Position numbers and translations under genes: made by a program. A DNA stretch of 32,000 nt from Marinococcus luteus (GTDB lineage Bacteria > Bacillota > Bacilli > Bacillales > Marinococcaceae): NCBI RefSeq assembly GCF_034497705.1, contig NZ_JAXRUV010000004.1, positions 138,958 to 170,957 on the forward strand, read 5' to 3'. Positions 30,817 to 32,000 of this stretch are shown here, one piece after another. Numbering within the stretch: the stretch's first letter is position 1; each line of letters starts with the position of its first letter. The notes under the pieces were generated by a model, which was not told the DNA's origin, did not search any database, and saw only the letters and a program-made list of their open reading frames with translations.

Positions 30817-32000
30817 TTACACTTCATTAAAGGAGGGAACATACACTTCTCCCTGACTATCTGCCTGCTCAATGATACGGCGCACCTGTTGGGATAAACG
30901 GTTTGGAGGATATGGCTTGGTCAGGTAATGCCGGACATCCATACGGGCCATTCGCTCTTTATCCTCGTGCAAAGCCGAGGAAATAATAATTGGCACATCT
31001 TCGGTATGACGGAAGGATTTCAGCTGTTCAATAAAATCCCATCCATCCATTTCTTCTCCAAGCATCAGATCCACCACAAAAACCTCCGGTCGCAGTCCCC
31101 TTTTTAATGCATTCAGCGCTTTGTAAGGATTGAAGTAGTGCACTACTTCGTATTTGGCGTGGCGAAGTTCCTCTGAAAGAAGCATCCCGAGGCTCCGGTC
31201 GTCTTCGAGTATGAGCACCGAGTGAAGATCATTTTCTTCCGGCAGATCTTCAATATCGAAATCGACTCCTGAGATCGGGAAGAATAAGCAGAAGCTGCTG
31301 CCTTCTCCTTCTATCGAATCAACCTCTATTCTGCCTTTATGGTCTTCAACAATTTGCTTCGTTACCGCAAGTCCCAGACCGGTTCCGCGGATTTTCCTCC
31401 GGTCTTCATCATTAATACGGTGAAATTTTCCGAAAAGACGAGGAAGCTCTTTTTCCGGAATTCCAAGACCTTCGTCTTTGATTTTTACTCTCACCATATC
31501 CTGCTCATTGGCAAGCTCAATTTTCACCTCACCGCCCTCTGGAGAGAATTTTACCGCATTCCCCACAATATTAGTGACACCCTGCACGATTTTGCCTTTG
31601 TCCGCATAGATTCGTCCATACTGCAGCCGGTCCTTTACAACAAACGTGTGATCCGGCTGGTTCGGTTCAAAGGTATCCACGACCTCAAGGATCAGGCTGC
31701 TGATATCAATTTCTTCCATGCCGTATTCCTGACGGCCGGACTCCATACGCTGCAGATCGAGAAAATCGTTAATTAACGAAGTTAGTCTTTCACCTTCCCG
31801 GTGAATGGTTTCTATATATTTTTTCTGACGGGCCGGCTTTAAATCTTTGACGAGAAGAAGCTCCGCAAAGCCTAAAATACTCGACAGCGGCGTCCTGAGT
31901 TCATGACTTACAGTGCTGACAAGATCTGATTTCATCTGGTCAAGCTCAAATTCCTTAGTCCGGTTGCGGTGAACAAAGATAGTGCCCTTTTCTTCGGATT
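30817..32000 (-). CDS. Hybrid sensor histidine kinase / response regulator (5' end outside the window)
   Basis: The frame stays open upstream of the ORF-track Met to the window edge (...GTIFVHRNRTKEFELDQMKSDL). It has the H-box SHELRTP, N-box NAVKFSP, G1 DEGLGI and G2 GTGLGL. A complete receiver domain follows (VLILEDD, phospho-acceptor VVDLML, conserved KP). Confidence 0.85.
   Translation of the reverse strand, partial: SEEKGTIFVHRNRTKEFELDQMKSDLVSTVSHELRTPLSSILGFAELLLVKDLKPARQKKYIETIHREGERLTSLINDFLDLQRMESGRQEYGMEEIDISSLILEVVDTFEPNQPDHTFVVKDRLQYGRIYADKGKIVQGVTNIVGNAVKFSPEGGEVKIELANEQDMVRVKIKDEGLGIPEKELPRLFGKFHRINDEDRRKIRGTGLGLAVTKQIVEDHKGRIEVDSIEGEGSSFCLFFPISGVDFDIEDLPEENDLHSVLILEDDRSLGMLLSEELRHAKYEVVHYFNPYKALNALKRGLRPEVFVVDLMLGEEMDGWDFIEQLKSFRHTEDVPIIISSALHEDKERMARMDVRHYLTKPYPPNRLSQQVRRIIEQADSQGEVYVPSFNEV

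Overview
This is a Bacillaceae-type chromosomal segment made up almost entirely of core genes on the minus strand. From memory it is collinear with the B. subtilis yebG-purEKBCSQLFMNHD ... yerA-yerC-pcrB-pcrA-ligA-yerH(camS)-gatCAB ... dagK(yerQ) region. Left to right the window holds: a GNAT 3' fragment, dagK, an XRE-HTH/TPR regulator, an unannotated mini-ORF, a hypothetical protein, a RimL-type GNAT, gatB/A/C, camS, ligA, pcrA, pcrB, yerC, a yerA-type adenine deaminase, the full 12-gene pur operon (purD back to purE) with its leader, a yebG-like gene, an M20 amidohydrolase, and a 5'-truncated hybrid histidine kinase. I found no rRNA, tRNA, CRISPR array, transposase or integrase. The pur leader has a PurBox pair plus a guanine-class purine riboswitch. 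The only accessory-looking part lies at about 1.1-3.6 kb. There, a strongly AT-rich islet (about 1100-2510) carries a 311-aa RNPP/Rgg/PlcR-like regulator. Divergently from it sits a 34-codon ORF (2328-2432) that is absent from the supplied ORF track. This ORF has a strong Shine-Dalgarno, a signal-peptide-like N-terminus, a hydrophobic C-terminus starting at an Asp, and its own terminator. Two distinct dyad symmetries lie in the shared control region. I interpret this as a candidate uncharacterised peptide quorum-sensing cassette, and it is the best candidate for something new in this window. Several ORF-track starts were shortened on RBS and homology grounds: gatB, purD, purN, purE, yerA and the 2511 ORF. 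All family assignments rest on my reading of the translated sequences and on recalled family features. No database search was run.
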